Shown piece by piece: positions 49,761-61,197 of a stretch of 64,000 nt of DNA. Position numbers and translations under genes: made by a program. Numbering within the stretch: the stretch's first letter is position 1; each line of letters opens with the position of its first letter. Source of the DNA: Candidatus Latescibacterota bacterium. GTDB taxonomy: Bacteria; Latescibacterota; UBA2968; UBA8231. The stretch is from the NCBI GenBank assembly GCA_965248265.1, contig CBDFJF010000002.1, positions 3,584,001 through 3,648,000 of the forward strand, written 5' to 3'. The notes under the pieces were generated by a model, which saw only the letters and a program-made list of their open reading frames with translations, had not been told where the DNA came from and did not search any database.

Positions 49761-51723
49761 CCTGCTCCCCTGCTTTGAGGGATCTCAGACGCTCGGCGGC
49801 GGCAGCGGCAAACTTTCGATCGAGTTGGGCAGCGAGCGTGTAGGCCTGGATGGCTCCCCGGTTATCGGCTGCCTCCTCTCGCGCCAGGGCCAGATAGAAC
49901 CAGGCAACGGCATAGTCGGGTGCTGCTTCCACGGCACGCGTGTAGGCAGATTTCGCGGCCACTGGATTGCGCAGATACCTGTAATCATTCCCGAGATTGA
50001 ACAGGGTCTCTGGGTCAAGCGGAGCAATCGACACGGCCCGCTTGCGGACGGCGAGGGCGTCATCATATCGCCCGACCACCTGGTACGTATTGCCGAGGTT
50101 GTTGAGCAGGGCTGAATCCTGCGGCTCCAGCATCACCGCACGTTCATAGGCCTTGAGACTGCGCTGCCACCAATTCGGACTGCCGGCGAGCGATGGTTGC
50201 TTTTCTGAGATGGCTCGCGCCCGATAGTTAGACCCCAGGTGGCCCCAGAGTTCGCCGCGATCCGGTTCCAGATCGCAGGCCTTCAAAAAGGCTTTCTCAG
50301 CCTGTTCAAGATCGATTCCCTCACCGTAGAGCTGACCCAGTCTGACGTACCCGGTCGTGAACGTCGAATCATTGGACAGCCCACTCCTGTAAGCCGCGAT
50401 CGCCAACTCCGGCTGTCCTGCCGCCGCGTAATCCTCTGCCAGGAAAAAGTGTGGACGTGCCATCAGCGGAGCGTTAGCAGCCGCATCCCTCCACAAGGTT
50501 CGAGCACTCCCCCAGACTTCATTTCGCGCTGTGGTCATGCAGCCGTAGCTGAGCAGCAGGCATGCGATCAGGGCAAACCCCGTCTTTCGACGGTTGCTGC
50601 CGTGGCCGCCCAGACCTTGACGCAATCTCTCCAGACCCCAACCCAGACCCACGGCAAAGGCGGCGAGGGGGATGTACAGGCGATGCTCGTTGACTATGAC
50701 GTGCAGGGGCACGAGCGAAGCGGGAGCCAGGGCGATAAGGAACCACAGCACCAGAAAAAAATGCACCCGTCCGCTGCCGCGTGCCCGCCAACCGAGAACC
50801 AGGGCTGACACCAGCAGCAGGGTTGAAACGGCGGCAAAGGGATCGATCAGTGAATCAGAAATCAGGAACTGGTGATCTACGCTGAGTCCAGTCGGAACCA
50901 GCAACAACTGCACATAGAGGATGACTGCTTTCACTTGACTCCACAGTTGCTCACCGTATCCCCGCACCGGTGCGCCAACGGTGGCTTTGTGAAATTGTCC
51001 GAGTATCACCCACAGATAAAACCCGCTCATCAGCGCCATGCCCCCGTACAACTTGAGATCTCGCCGGATCATGCGGTGGTGGTGGAGGCTGTCGTAGGCC
51101 AGCAACGTGGCTGGCAGAGCGACGGCCGTCGCCTTCGAGAGCAGGGCGGCGGCGTACGCACCCAGGATTAGGTAGAGTGTCCTGGTATTCGAGGCAGAAC
51201 TCCCCTGCAGCTCCTGACCCGACACAGACTGCCTTCTCTCTAGAAAAGCCCCAATGCCAGCCAGGAGGAAAAACGCGACCAGCAATTCGGAACGGCTGCT
51301 GATATAATTGACAGGCTCTGAGGCGATGGGATGCAGACCGAAGACGAGCGCCGCGAGCACGGCTGAACGATGAGAGCCAAGCAAGCGCAGTGCGATGCGG
51401 TGGACGAGCAGCACACAGCCGATATGCAGCAGTATGGCAACGACGTGATAGCCGACGACTTCGTACTCACCCAACGCGTGGTTGAGGGCAAACGTCGTCA
51501 GCAGCAAAGGCCGGTACATGGCGAACCTGGGCTCCGACGCAAACAACGTCGGATCGACGAAAAACCGCGGAAGATTGCTCAGGTCACGGATGTGCTCATT
51601 ATCGACGATGGAATGGGCGTCATCATAGTGGAATGGGTTGTGCAGGCTGTTCGCGTACACGAGTACTGGCGGAACAGCCAGCAGCAACCACAGACGCCAT
51701 CCAGAGAGCAACCTCGTGTTCAC
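49753..51723 (-). CDS. TMTC-like GT-C + TPR, paralogue 6
   Basis: FHYDDAHSI, MYRPLL, EPVNYISSRSE, PLHVIVNEHRLY, RNEVW, TPRs. Confidence 0.88.
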   Translation of the reverse strand: MNTRLLSGWRLWLLLAVPPVLVYANSLHNPFHYDDAHSIVDNEHIRDLSNLPRFFVDPTLFASEPRFAMYRPLLLTTFALNHALGEYEVVGYHVVAILLHIGCVLLVHRIALRLLGSHRSAVLAALVFGLHPIASEPVNYISSRSELLVAFFLLAGIGAFLERRQSVSGQELQGSSASNTRTLYLILGAYAAALLSKATAVALPATLLAYDSLHHHRMIRRDLKLYGGMALMSGFYLWVILGQFHKATVGAPVRGYGEQLWSQVKAVILYVQLLLVPTGLSVDHQFLISDSLIDPFAAVSTLLLVSALVLGWRARGSGRVHFFLVLWFLIALAPASLVPLHVIVNEHRLYIPLAAFAVGLGWGLERLRQGLGGHGSNRRKTGFALIACLLLSYGCMTTARNEVWGSARTLWRDAAANAPLMARPHFFLAEDYAAAGQPELAIAAYRSGLSNDSTFTTGYVRLGQLYGEGIDLEQAEKAFLKACDLEPDRGELWGHLGSNYRARAISEKQPSLAGSPNWWQRSLKAYERAVMLEPQDSALLNNLGNTYQVVGRYDDALAVRKRAVSIAPLDPETLFNLGNDYRYLRNPVAAKSAYTRAVEAAPDYAVAWFYLALAREEAADNRGAIQAYTLAAQLDRKFAAAAAERLRSLKAGEQDE

Positions 51724-53462
51724 GATACCTCCAACACGGTTATCCTCTTGGGATTGGCCTCCGTCCCCCCCACAAATTCAGCCACGATCCGATAGCGCTC
51801 ATCCTGCCCGAGAAACTGCTGGATATAGAGCTTGCTGCGTTCGTGGTAATAATAGGCAGCGGTGCCGGGCGGAGGTGACTGACCGCTGAAAAACCGTGCG
51901 TACCCGGCGCTGGGCAGAATCACGTGCGAGACCTTCCATTCCCTCAACTCCTCGTAATCCATCCAGCGGCGGCGGAAGGTCTCCAGCGTCTTGGGGTCCC
52001 CGAGGTCGACGCCTCGATACGCGGGCGGAACCTGAGCCTGCTCACTGAAGTACTCCAGTGTTAGCTGGGTGTAGATGGGAAGCCGGCGACGGAGTGACTT
52101 GAGCTGCGCGAGGACATCCGGATGGGAGCGATTGGCCTCGATCTGTTGGCTCAGAAAGTTGCGGTGAATGTCCCCCTTCAGCGGTGGTGTATAGTCGATG
52201 CGGTAAACGCCGATGACGGAGCCGTCAGGAATGTTGGCCTCGATCCACTGACGGGCTTGCGAACGGACATCGGAATCTCCCAATCGTGTTCCTTCACCGG
52301 CTCCGGTCCACAATTGAGGTATGGAAATGCAGAGGAACAGGCCGACCCGGACTCGATTCGAGGTGGATGCCGTGATCTCGATCAGCATGCGCACGGCCAG
52401 GACGGCCGCCAGGGGAAACAGGAAGATCGCGTAGTGGATGCTTCCTTTGGGCAGCGAGCCTATGTACATGAAGGCGGGAATGACGACGGCCAGCAACAAC
52501 AGGTCGAGATCGCTCCTGCGATACATGGCAAACAGCACGCCAGCTACCAGCAGCACCCCCCAGATCATCTCGCGCTGTACAAGACCCCACAACGCTACCA
52601 GACGTGGCCACTCAATCGCGTGCATGCTGAACTGAAGATTGGACGTAACATTGAGGACCGCTTGCGAGTACTCGGTGAAGGACATCACCCAGTACGGCGA
52701 TCCGAGTAAGAATCCGGTTAATCCAGCCAGACCGAACACAGCAACGGAGCGCAGGCAGAAGGCGACGGCATCCGCCTCCTCCCGGCGGCGAGCGCGTAGG
52801 ATTGCGGCGGCCAGCATCCCAAACAGGACAAAGCCGGCGTTGTATTTCGTCGACACCGCCAAGCCGAGCAAGAGCCCTGCCAGCACACAGATCGAGCCTC
52901 TTCCCGACCTGAAAAAGACGATCACTGTTGCACAAGATGCCGTAGCCAGCAGTGCCATGGTCATGTCGGGAAGAGCGAAGCGCGAGTGGTTGGCAAGCGT
53001 CAACGACACGGCGGCAAACAGTGCTGCTCCAAGCCCAACTGGGCGTCCATAGGCATGATTGCCGAGAGCGTAGGTCACTGCGATCAATCCCGTGCCGGCA
53101 AGCACATTGACGATGCGCCCGACGAGGGCGAGCTGCGTCGGGACGAACAAATGGGTAAATGTTACCGAAGCGGCCAGGCTACCCACGTCTGGCATCAACT
53201 CAATGAGGTACGCGACGACCAGGGCGGCGCTGTACAGGTAGCTGTACAGCGCAGGGTAGTTGAAATGCTGCGGCTGCAGTGTCACCATATGGATGAACCT
53301 GACAGCATCCCTGGTGACGACACGCTCGTCCCCGGTCACAAAATCCGGGAATCCGTGAGACACCCCAAGGAGCCTGAGCACGAGGCCTGCCGTCAGGACG
53401 AGGCCGATCGCGACCGTAGGATCAATGGTAAATCTGGTGGGTTGTATTTCGCTCGTGCTCAC
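51720..53462 (-). CDS. ArnT/PMT-like (GT39/GT83-type) GT-C glycosyltransferase, no TPR
   Basis: First-loop GDE, HFNYPALY, GRIVN, GLAVSTKYN; multi-TM core plus a soluble C-terminal domain. Confidence 0.82.
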   Translation of the reverse strand: MSTSEIQPTRFTIDPTVAIGLVLTAGLVLRLLGVSHGFPDFVTGDERVVTRDAVRFIHMVTLQPQHFNYPALYSYLYSAALVVAYLIELMPDVGSLAASVTFTHLFVPTQLALVGRIVNVLAGTGLIAVTYALGNHAYGRPVGLGAALFAAVSLTLANHSRFALPDMTMALLATASCATVIVFFRSGRGSICVLAGLLLGLAVSTKYNAGFVLFGMLAAAILRARRREEADAVAFCLRSVAVFGLAGLTGFLLGSPYWVMSFTEYSQAVLNVTSNLQFSMHAIEWPRLVALWGLVQREMIWGVLLVAGVLFAMYRRSDLDLLLLAVVIPAFMYIGSLPKGSIHYAIFLFPLAAVLAVRMLIEITASTSNRVRVGLFLCISIPQLWTGAGEGTRLGDSDVRSQARQWIEANIPDGSVIGVYRIDYTPPLKGDIHRNFLSQQIEANRSHPDVLAQLKSLRRRLPIYTQLTLEYFSEQAQVPPAYRGVDLGDPKTLETFRRRWMDYEELREWKVSHVILPSAGYARFFSGQSPPPGTAAYYYHERSKLYIQQFLGQDERYRIVAEFVGGTEANPKRITVLEVS

Positions 53463-55375
53463 TGCGCCCCCGTCTCCAGAATTGCCAGCCGACGACGCGC
53501 ACTGGCAGCAGACGCCTCATCACCCTGCCACAGGGCTAGGAAACGACGATACGAAGAAGCCGCGGTCTGCTTGCGGCCAAGGCGCTCGTGCAGGAGACCG
53601 AGATTGTAATACGGCTTGGGATAGGTGGCCTCGTGCTTGATGGCATTTTCGTACGCGGCAATCGCTCGCTGCCACTCGCCCTGGCCCTCCAGAGCGCCAC
53701 CCAGATTGAAATGGATCCTTGCGGCTCGCGGTTTCATCACCAGCGCTCTTTCGAAAGAGGCCTCGGCCTGTTCATAGTCACCCAAAGCCAGGTAGGTTGT
53801 TCCAAGGTTGTTCAACAACTCGGCTCGGGAGCCGGCCAGAGTCAGCGCATTACGAAGAAGATCCAGTGCCTCGACATGCTTGCCGGAGCCGTTATACAGA
53901 GTCGCGAGATTGATCATCGCCTCCGGATAGGACGGCAGAATCGCCAGCGCCTGGGTGTACGCCGCCTCGGCACCTGGGGCGTCGCCGAGAAGCTTGCGGA
54001 CGTTGCCAAGATTGTTGAGTGCCGGCGCATTTGCGGGCTTAAGCTCGAGGGCTATCTCGAATTCAGAGCGGGCGGCATCTAGCCGACCCAGCTTGCGGTA
54101 GGCCACACCCAATCGCACGTGGGCCCGATCGGAAGCCGGTGCTTTAACAACCGCATCCTCCCAGAGGGTGAGCTCGGAAGCCCAAACGGTATTGCGCTGG
54201 ACGGTCAAGGTGACGAAGACACACAACGTCAGCGCGACCAGTGACCGAGATCTCCTGACCAGAGGTTTCTGGACCTGCCAGACCACGAAACCCATCAACA
54301 CGGCCACTGCCAGGTAGAGGCGTCTCTCCGTCACCAGAACGTTCAACGGTACGATAACCGTCGGCATCAGCGCCGCGCCGATCCAGGCGAGAAAAAGCAC
54401 CGAACGGTCACGGCGCCGAATCCCGCACCAGACGAGGTAGCCGATGGAAACGATGCAGAGGGCACTGAGCCAGACAACGAGCATTGCTCCGGTACTGGTG
54501 GCACTGAAGGCATGGTCGACCGTCGACGGATGCGGCAGCAGCAGCAGCTTGGCGTAGTAGACGAGGCCCTTACACTGCGTCATCAATTGTGTGCTCAGTG
54601 AGCGCACAGGAAAATCCAGCAAAGCCTCACTGATAAGCCCTCTGACTCCCCAGAGGTAGGCCAAACCGATTGACCAGTATGGCCATTGATTTCTCCAGAT
54701 TTGCGACCACAATGCCATTGAGTGTCGAGCCTGCGGGCTCCCATGGCGTGCTGCTTCGACCAGTGGCAGCATCAGGAGCATGGCTATTGCCGAAGATTTC
54801 GACATCAATGCGCCAACGAAAAAGACCACTGACAACCAGAGATTGCCCCGATGTGAGCTTGGCTTGATCCCGCCGTACAGGATCGCGCTTGCCAGAACGA
54901 AGACGGTAGCCAAAGACTCTGAACGACTGCTGATATAGTTCACGGGCTCGCTCGCCAGCGGGTGGACCCCGAAAAGGCAGCCGACAACAGCGGCGGCGGT
55001 CAGCCCCCATCCCCAGCCAACCAGCAGCCTCATCAGCAAACCAACACAACACAGGTGAATGGCGAGATTGACCAGGTGATAGCCCCGGGGGTTCAGCTCC
55101 CCCAAACTGAAATTGAACGCATAGCTGAGCACGACGAACGGGCGGTACATCTCGCTGCCGGGATTACGCGAAAAGGTCTGCGGATCGGTGAAGAAATTGA
55201 CAACATTGTCGAGTGAGCGAATGTGTGGATTCTCGGTCAGCGAGTGCTCGTCATCGAAGTGGAATGCGTTGTCGAGGGAATTCCAATACGTCAGGGTTAC
55301 TACAGCAAACACGATGGCAAACACGGCAGCCGCGAGACCGAGGGAGCCGATGCCGTTGACGCGTTTCACCCTCAA
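53459..55375 (-). CDS. TMTC-like GT-C + TPR, paralogue 7
   Basis: FHFDDEHSL, MYRPFV, EPVNYISSRSE, PLNVLVTERRLY, RNTVW, TPRs. Confidence 0.88.
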   Translation of the reverse strand: MRVKRVNGIGSLGLAAAVFAIVFAVVTLTYWNSLDNAFHFDDEHSLTENPHIRSLDNVVNFFTDPQTFSRNPGSEMYRPFVVLSYAFNFSLGELNPRGYHLVNLAIHLCCVGLLMRLLVGWGWGLTAAAVVGCLFGVHPLASEPVNYISSRSESLATVFVLASAILYGGIKPSSHRGNLWLSVVFFVGALMSKSSAIAMLLMLPLVEAARHGSPQARHSMALWSQIWRNQWPYWSIGLAYLWGVRGLISEALLDFPVRSLSTQLMTQCKGLVYYAKLLLLPHPSTVDHAFSATSTGAMLVVWLSALCIVSIGYLVWCGIRRRDRSVLFLAWIGAALMPTVIVPLNVLVTERRLYLAVAVLMGFVVWQVQKPLVRRSRSLVALTLCVFVTLTVQRNTVWASELTLWEDAVVKAPASDRAHVRLGVAYRKLGRLDAARSEFEIALELKPANAPALNNLGNVRKLLGDAPGAEAAYTQALAILPSYPEAMINLATLYNGSGKHVEALDLLRNALTLAGSRAELLNNLGTTYLALGDYEQAEASFERALVMKPRAARIHFNLGGALEGQGEWQRAIAAYENAIKHEATYPKPYYNLGLLHERLGRKQTAASSYRRFLALWQGDEASAASARRRLAILETGAQ

Positions 55376-56559
55376 AGCGCCTGTATGCGGCGTGCGAGGG
55401 AAAGAAACTGCGGAGCCGCGGCGTAGTGATCCCTGCGTTCGATTATCCGGTTGTGAAAGGCCTTCCTCCGGTCCCGGTCCACCATCAGAACCATTTTTTC
55501 GAGCAGATCCTCCACGGAAGCGGACTTCGCCACCACCCCGAACTCCTCACGCTCTATCAACCTGCTGGCGGCCCCATCCGGCAGGGCAGCGACGACGGGT
55601 CGTGCATGGGCTATGTACTCGTAGAGCTTGCCTGGTACGGCGTAAGAGAACCTGGAGGAGGCCAGTGAAAGAAAGCCGACATCGGCCTGCTGCAGGGCAG
55701 CGGAAACCTGTCCAGAGCTGAGCAAGCCGCCGTATTCAACACCTCCCCGCTGTAGGTGTTGGCCCAGCGTCTGTTTCAAATAGAAGTTTTCTGGACCAAA
55801 CACGGTAACGCGAACCCTGTTTCGCAACTCGGGATGTCGTTTGCGCAGCTCCCCCGTCGCCGCGCATAACAGTTCCAACCCCTGAGCCGGCGAGATGGCC
55901 CCCGCGTAGACGAAGTGCGTGTCCTCGTGATCGCGAAAGGACAGTGCCTTCGCATCAACCTCATCCCAGTAGCCGTTGGCGGTGACCTGCAGCTTCTCTG
56001 CCGGTAACCCGTAGGTCGCTGACAACGATTGGCCGATCTCCTCGGTGGCCACGGAAACCAGGGCGGCACGGTCGAGGGCTCGCCTTTCCCAGAAGGCTGC
56101 GAGTGGTTTCTGCAACGTGGATTTGAGCCCGAGGTGATCATCGCGGTAATCGAGGACCAGGCGCGCGCCCGTCCGCCGGGAGGCCATGTACCCGGCGATG
56201 TGATCGGTCAAGGGTGGGTACACACTGACGATGGTGTCTTCGCTTGCTGCCGCCACCTTCCCCACACGAGCGGCCGCAGACGACACCCAGTTTACATGCG
56301 GGCAAGGCACCACGCCCGCGCGGTGCAGGAGCTCTCCTCCCAAATGCCAGGGGAAAGCACGTACCCTGTGCACGGGCAAATCCGCATCGTCTCCCAGCAG
56401 GTCCGTATCATCGACGAACGCCCCAAGAGCTCGTGACACGTTACCATGGGTTACAACCTCAACATCCAGACCTCCATCAGCCAACAACCGGGCAAACTTG
56501 TAGCGCCGGTAGGTCCGCGCCAGTGGCGGATAATGACAGGTAATGAAGCACGTCTTCAT
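55372..56559 (-). CDS. GT4-family glycosyltransferase
   Basis: ITCHYPP, VLDYRD, FVYAG, VPGKLYEY.A..RPV. Confidence 0.85.
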   Translation of the reverse strand: MKTCFITCHYPPLARTYRRYKFARLLADGGLDVEVVTHGNVSRALGAFVDDTDLLGDDADLPVHRVRAFPWHLGGELLHRAGVVPCPHVNWVSSAAARVGKVAAASEDTIVSVYPPLTDHIAGYMASRRTGARLVLDYRDDHLGLKSTLQKPLAAFWERRALDRAALVSVATEEIGQSLSATYGLPAEKLQVTANGYWDEVDAKALSFRDHEDTHFVYAGAISPAQGLELLCAATGELRKRHPELRNRVRVTVFGPENFYLKQTLGQHLQRGGVEYGGLLSSGQVSAALQQADVGFLSLASSRFSYAVPGKLYEYIAHARPVVAALPDGAASRLIEREEFGVVAKSASVEDLLEKMVLMVDRDRRKAFHNRIIERRDHYAAAPQFLSLARRIQAL

Positions 56560-58394
56560 GGTACCTTCACGCCTGATCGTGACAAGCGCTCAATAGCCTT
56601 TGCAGCCCGGTCGCCGAATCCGGCGTACTCCTCGTGGCCCTGCAGCAAGTCACGGGCCCGAGCAAATCCGTGCACGGCTCCATCGGTGTCACCGAGGCGC
56701 TCTCTGATACTCGCCAGGTTGAACCACGCCCCACCTAACTCCGGATCGCGTTCGTCCTTCCAGTACAGAGAATCACGGACAGCTTGTTCGTACTGCTTCG
56801 CCGCCTCGTCGTATCGCTGGGACGCTTCAAACGCCTGGCCGAGATTGTTGCGCGCCAGGACGAAATGAGGGTCGAGTTCGAGAGCGCGTTCGAAGAAGCT
56901 TACCGCCTCGGTGAGGTCACCGGAGCGCTGTCTGAGATTACCCAGATTGTAATAGACTCCTGGGAAGCTCGAACTGTGCTTGAGCGCTTTGCGGTAGGCA
57001 TCCTCGGCTCCCGTCATGTCACCTTGGCTCTTGTAAAGGTTGCCGACGGCATTCCAGGCCTCGGCATTGTCAGGTTTCAAGCGCAACCCCTGGTTGAGCT
57101 CTCGCAGAGCCTCCTCCATCCTTCCAGCACGATCGTAGGCCAAGCCAAGATTCATTCGCGCCCGATGCATTGCCGGAGCCTTCGCCACCGCGTCCTCCCA
57201 CAGGCTCACGTCATCCGCCCACACCTGGTTGCGTTGAAGATTCAGCAGGCAAAACACGGCAACGACGGCAATGCCCATGGCGTGTACTCGCCTGCTCGCA
57301 GGCGCAATCCGTGTGGCCCATCGCTGCCACAACCAGCATGCGCCCAACAGCAAGCCTGCACTCGCCAGGTACATGCGACGTTCACTGACCAGAATGTTGA
57401 GCGGCATGACGGACGCCGGTGCCAGGGTGGCGATGAACCAAGCCCAACAGAAAAACAGCACCCTGCGGCAAGCAAGGACAGTGACGATGGAGATGGAAAC
57501 AAGGAAAGCAAACGCCAGCAGCACTTCCGGCGAGAATGGGCTCTTCGCCACCGAAAACTGGTGCTCGATGCTGCCGTCCACGGGAACCATCGTCAGCTTG
57601 AGGTAGTAGACGAAGCCTTTGAGCTGAGTCCAGGCTTGTGTCACGAACGAGCGTGGCCGGCCCTCGAGTGAACTACCCAAAAAGCGGTTGGCCGAAATCA
57701 GTGCGAGATAGAGGCCGGCTGCCAACCACAGGTACCAGTACCGCCACATCCCGGAGGCAGCCTGCCGCACACCATACCTGCAAAAGTCAAGCAAGGCAAC
57801 GACGAACGGCAGGGTTATGGCGATCGACTTGGCCAATAGGCCCAGCACGTAGGCCGTGGTTGTGATTGCGGCATGAGGACGTGACCTGGCGTTCCCGATG
57901 AGCGTGGCGAATCCAACCAGAAAACAGGTGGCGGCCAACAATCCCGACCGGCTACTGATATAATGAATGAGCTCCGAGTGCATGGGATGGCACAGGAACA
58001 CGAAGCCAGCACCGACCGCGATGGTAAGAGAGGCGAAGAGGCGGCGGGCAATCAGACACACCGCAAAACTGGCGATTACGTGCAGGAAGAGGTTGATGAT
58101 CCGAAATCCCAATACTTGCTGCCCTGAAACAGAGTAGTTGAGGGCATACGTGGTCAGCAGGACAGGTCTGTACATAAAACCGGAAGGATGGGACGAGAAC
58201 GTGCCCGGATCGACGAAGAAGCTGGGGACGTTGGCCAGCGACCGAATGTGAGGGTTGTACTGGACAGAATGGTGATCGTCATAGTGAAATGGATCATTGA
58301 GCGCCTGGAAGTATAGCACGGCGGCGAGCGCGCTGAGTGCAATGAATACGAGGATCGGACGGTCGACTTCCCCATTGCGCGTGCGGTCAGTCAT
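56556..58394 (-). CDS. TMTC-like GT-C + TPR, paralogue 8
   Basis: FHYDDHHSV, MYRPVL, ELIHYISSRSG, PLNILVSERRMY, RNQVW, TPRs. Confidence 0.88.
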   Translation of the reverse strand: MTDRTRNGEVDRPILVFIALSALAAVLYFQALNDPFHYDDHHSVQYNPHIRSLANVPSFFVDPGTFSSHPSGFMYRPVLLTTYALNYSVSGQQVLGFRIINLFLHVIASFAVCLIARRLFASLTIAVGAGFVFLCHPMHSELIHYISSRSGLLAATCFLVGFATLIGNARSRPHAAITTTAYVLGLLAKSIAITLPFVVALLDFCRYGVRQAASGMWRYWYLWLAAGLYLALISANRFLGSSLEGRPRSFVTQAWTQLKGFVYYLKLTMVPVDGSIEHQFSVAKSPFSPEVLLAFAFLVSISIVTVLACRRVLFFCWAWFIATLAPASVMPLNILVSERRMYLASAGLLLGACWLWQRWATRIAPASRRVHAMGIAVVAVFCLLNLQRNQVWADDVSLWEDAVAKAPAMHRARMNLGLAYDRAGRMEEALRELNQGLRLKPDNAEAWNAVGNLYKSQGDMTGAEDAYRKALKHSSSFPGVYYNLGNLRQRSGDLTEAVSFFERALELDPHFVLARNNLGQAFEASQRYDEAAKQYEQAVRDSLYWKDERDPELGGAWFNLASIRERLGDTDGAVHGFARARDLLQGHEEYAGFGDRAAKAIERLSRSGVKVP

Positions 58395-60201
58395 TGCTGT
58401 TCCCCAATGCATTCAGGGAATCAGCCTTGCGCGCCGCTGTGCCGGCGTATATTGCGCCGCTAAAGCCTGTCGCTATTTCGCGATAGGCATCCACCGCCCC
58501 GCTGACGTTGCCTTCACGCTCATACGCGATCCCCAGGGCCATCAGAGTCTCAGCAGTGCGTTCAACCTCAAGCGCACCTTGTAGACAGGTGATAGCGAAA
58601 TCGACCTGGCCATTCAATAACGCCAACAGCCCCTGATTGTGCAGGGACTTCGCATCCTCCCCTAACTTCGGCTGGAAGGCAAGGAGACCCTCCAAAGCCT
58701 CCCGCGCCTTGACGTACGTCGAGTCAAACCGAAGGGCGGTCTGATAGGCCTGGATGGCCTCTTGCGACCGTCCCATCGTCAACAGGGTGGAACCGATGTT
58801 GTTGTAAGTGACGACCCGGTCGAGACCGCTGATTAGGGAGGGATTCACCTGCAGGGCGGTGTAATAGGATTGCAGAGCCTCTGCGTACTTACCGCTCTTC
58901 TTCAGACCATCACCCAGATAGATGTGAGGCCGCGGCATGCCCGATCCCTTCTTGACCGCGTCCGCCCAGAGGGTCTGGCTGCTCTGCCAGATGCTTACCC
59001 GCACCCTGTCGTGCAGGGTGAACGAGACGGCCAACAGGATGACGATCGACCCAACCAGAAGAGTGTGCTCCCGGCTGTGCCGTGCGACCAAGAGAGCCGC
59101 GACCATCGCCAGCGCGATCGAGGGCAGGTACAGTCTGTGCTCGTTGACGAGCACGTTCAGCGGTATGATCAGCGTCGGCAGCAGAGTCACGAATGGCCAC
59201 AATATCCAGAACACACCGGAGGAATCCCCGGTCCTAACCACACCTATCCAGAGCAGAGTGCCGATCGATAGCAGCAGCAAGACTCCCCCTATCACCGCAT
59301 TCTCCGTGAAGGCGTGGCTGAGATCGAACTGATGCTCCACGGAAAGCGGGTACGGTATCATCAGCAGTTTCAGGTAGTATGTCAGAGCCTTGATCTGAGT
59401 CCACAGCTGTGTCCCCATTCCACGCACCGGTGCGTCGACGACAGCCTGATGCAGCATCTGGCGCACTAGCAAAAGATACACCAGTGAGACAACCCAGTAG
59501 GGCCACTGAACACGCCACAGGTGGCTGATCCGTGTGCGGAGATCCGCCACCGAGCGCATCAGCTCGTACAGGAAAAGGGCCGCAGGCAAGGTGATGCCGA
59601 CAGCCTTGGACAGCAGCGCCGCTGCGTAGGCGGCGACGGAGATCATCATCCACAAACTCCGAGGCGAATTCGCCACGCTCGTGCGCAGATACGCGTGGAA
59701 CGCGATCAAAAAAAAGACCGCGCACATCGACTCCGAGCGGCTGCTGACATAGGCGACTGCTTCGGCGTTGACAGGATGCAGACCGAAGACGATTCCGGCC
59801 GCCACTGCGCCCCAATTACTATGCGTAACGAACAGCGCCAGTAGCGCAACCAGACAGGTGGCCGCCGCGTGCAAGACGAGATTGGTCCAATGAAACCCGC
59901 CGCCATCCTGTCCATGAAGCTGGTAGTCGACGGCATGAGAGAGCAACACCAAAGGCCGGTACATGGCACTGCGTGGATCTTCGCTGAACATCTCGGGGTG
60001 CGAGAAATAAGCGGGCACATTGCTCAAAGAGCGGATATGGGGGTTCTCAACGATTGAGTGGAAATCATCGTATTGAAACGGGACATCTGAGACGCCAGAG
60101 TACACAAGAAGAACCACCGCGGTGAGAGACAAACAAACGAGAAACCGCCCGCCGTGGGAGTCTAGCACCAGCCCTGATCCGTAGCTCTTGAATGACTGCA
60201 T
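58387..60201 (-). CDS. TMTC-like GT-C + TPR, paralogue 9
   Basis: FQYDDFHSI, MYRPLV, EAVAYVSSRSE, PLNVLVNEHRLY, TPRs. Confidence 0.88.
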   Translation of the reverse strand: MQSFKSYGSGLVLDSHGGRFLVCLSLTAVVLLVYSGVSDVPFQYDDFHSIVENPHIRSLSNVPAYFSHPEMFSEDPRSAMYRPLVLLSHAVDYQLHGQDGGGFHWTNLVLHAAATCLVALLALFVTHSNWGAVAAGIVFGLHPVNAEAVAYVSSRSESMCAVFFLIAFHAYLRTSVANSPRSLWMMISVAAYAAALLSKAVGITLPAALFLYELMRSVADLRTRISHLWRVQWPYWVVSLVYLLLVRQMLHQAVVDAPVRGMGTQLWTQIKALTYYLKLLMIPYPLSVEHQFDLSHAFTENAVIGGVLLLLSIGTLLWIGVVRTGDSSGVFWILWPFVTLLPTLIIPLNVLVNEHRLYLPSIALAMVAALLVARHSREHTLLVGSIVILLAVSFTLHDRVRVSIWQSSQTLWADAVKKGSGMPRPHIYLGDGLKKSGKYAEALQSYYTALQVNPSLISGLDRVVTYNNIGSTLLTMGRSQEAIQAYQTALRFDSTYVKAREALEGLLAFQPKLGEDAKSLHNQGLLALLNGQVDFAITCLQGALEVERTAETLMALGIAYEREGNVSGAVDAYREIATGFSGAIYAGTAARKADSLNALGNSND

Positions 60202-60211
60202 GGCGAGGGCA

Positions 60212-61188
60212 TCAAGTCCTGCTCGAGTGCATCAGTTCGAGTATCAGGTCTCGCTCTCTCTCCTCCATCTTTTCTCCGCTGAATTCTTCGATGCGCAATC
60301 TGCAACGCGCTCCGAGTTGCTCGACGAGAGATGGCTCCCCGATAAGCTTCTGGAAAGCGACTCGGTAGCTGTCAGATGATCCGTCCACGACCCATGCGCA
60401 TCCACCACTTCGGGTTCGGCATCCCATCTCGGTCGGTTAATCACGACTGGAAGCCCCAAAGCCATCGCTTCCATCACGGGCATACACACTCCGGGTTGCG
60501 ATATATTGATGGCGAAGACATGGTGGCCGACGAATACACCCGGTAGTTCGTGGTTGGGTACGGAATCGATGAAGGTCACTCGGCCAGCGACTCCAAAGCG
60601 GGCGGCCACACGCTCTAGCTGATCTCGCATGGGACCGGTACCCACCAGAGTCAACTCGGCGTCAATTTCTGCGAGCGCCTCTATCAGAGGACGCTGGTCC
60701 TTACCCGCAAACTGCCTGCCGACATTGATAATCTTCAATCGCTCTCCGGTCGCCATACGCGGCTTCAGATCGACGAACTTCTCCAGGAAAATCTGATTGT
60801 AGATGACTCGCACCTTGCAGCCGTATCCTGATTTTCTAACCAGTCGAGCGGCTGCTTCGTACTTCGGCACAATTCGATCGGCGTTGCGGTACGTGTACTT
60901 CTCCCAACCCAGCAACTTGAGTGCGATTTGATAAACAGTGATCTTGGCATAGCCCTTGCCATAGGGCATGACTGACCCCACCGGATGAATACATAGTTCA
61001 GCTCTACCGGCCACTCGCTGGACCTTCTTGGGCTCGGTGTCATCATCGGCAAGAACGAGGACATGAACGCGTTTGAACATCCCGCAAGGGTTCCAGTAGC
61101 GATCCTTGATCTCGCCTTTTTCGTAGGCCGTCCGCAGGTTGCCATCTGCCACGACGCCGTAGATGGCCACTACTGACCTCTCATTCAT
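60212..61188 (-). CDS. GT4-family glycosyltransferase (1-nt deletion near 60402)
   Basis: INVGRQ..GK, LVGTGP, PVMEAMALGLPVV; the C-terminus continues in ORF 60212-60427. Confidence 0.8.
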
Positions 61189-61197
61189 CGAGCCCTC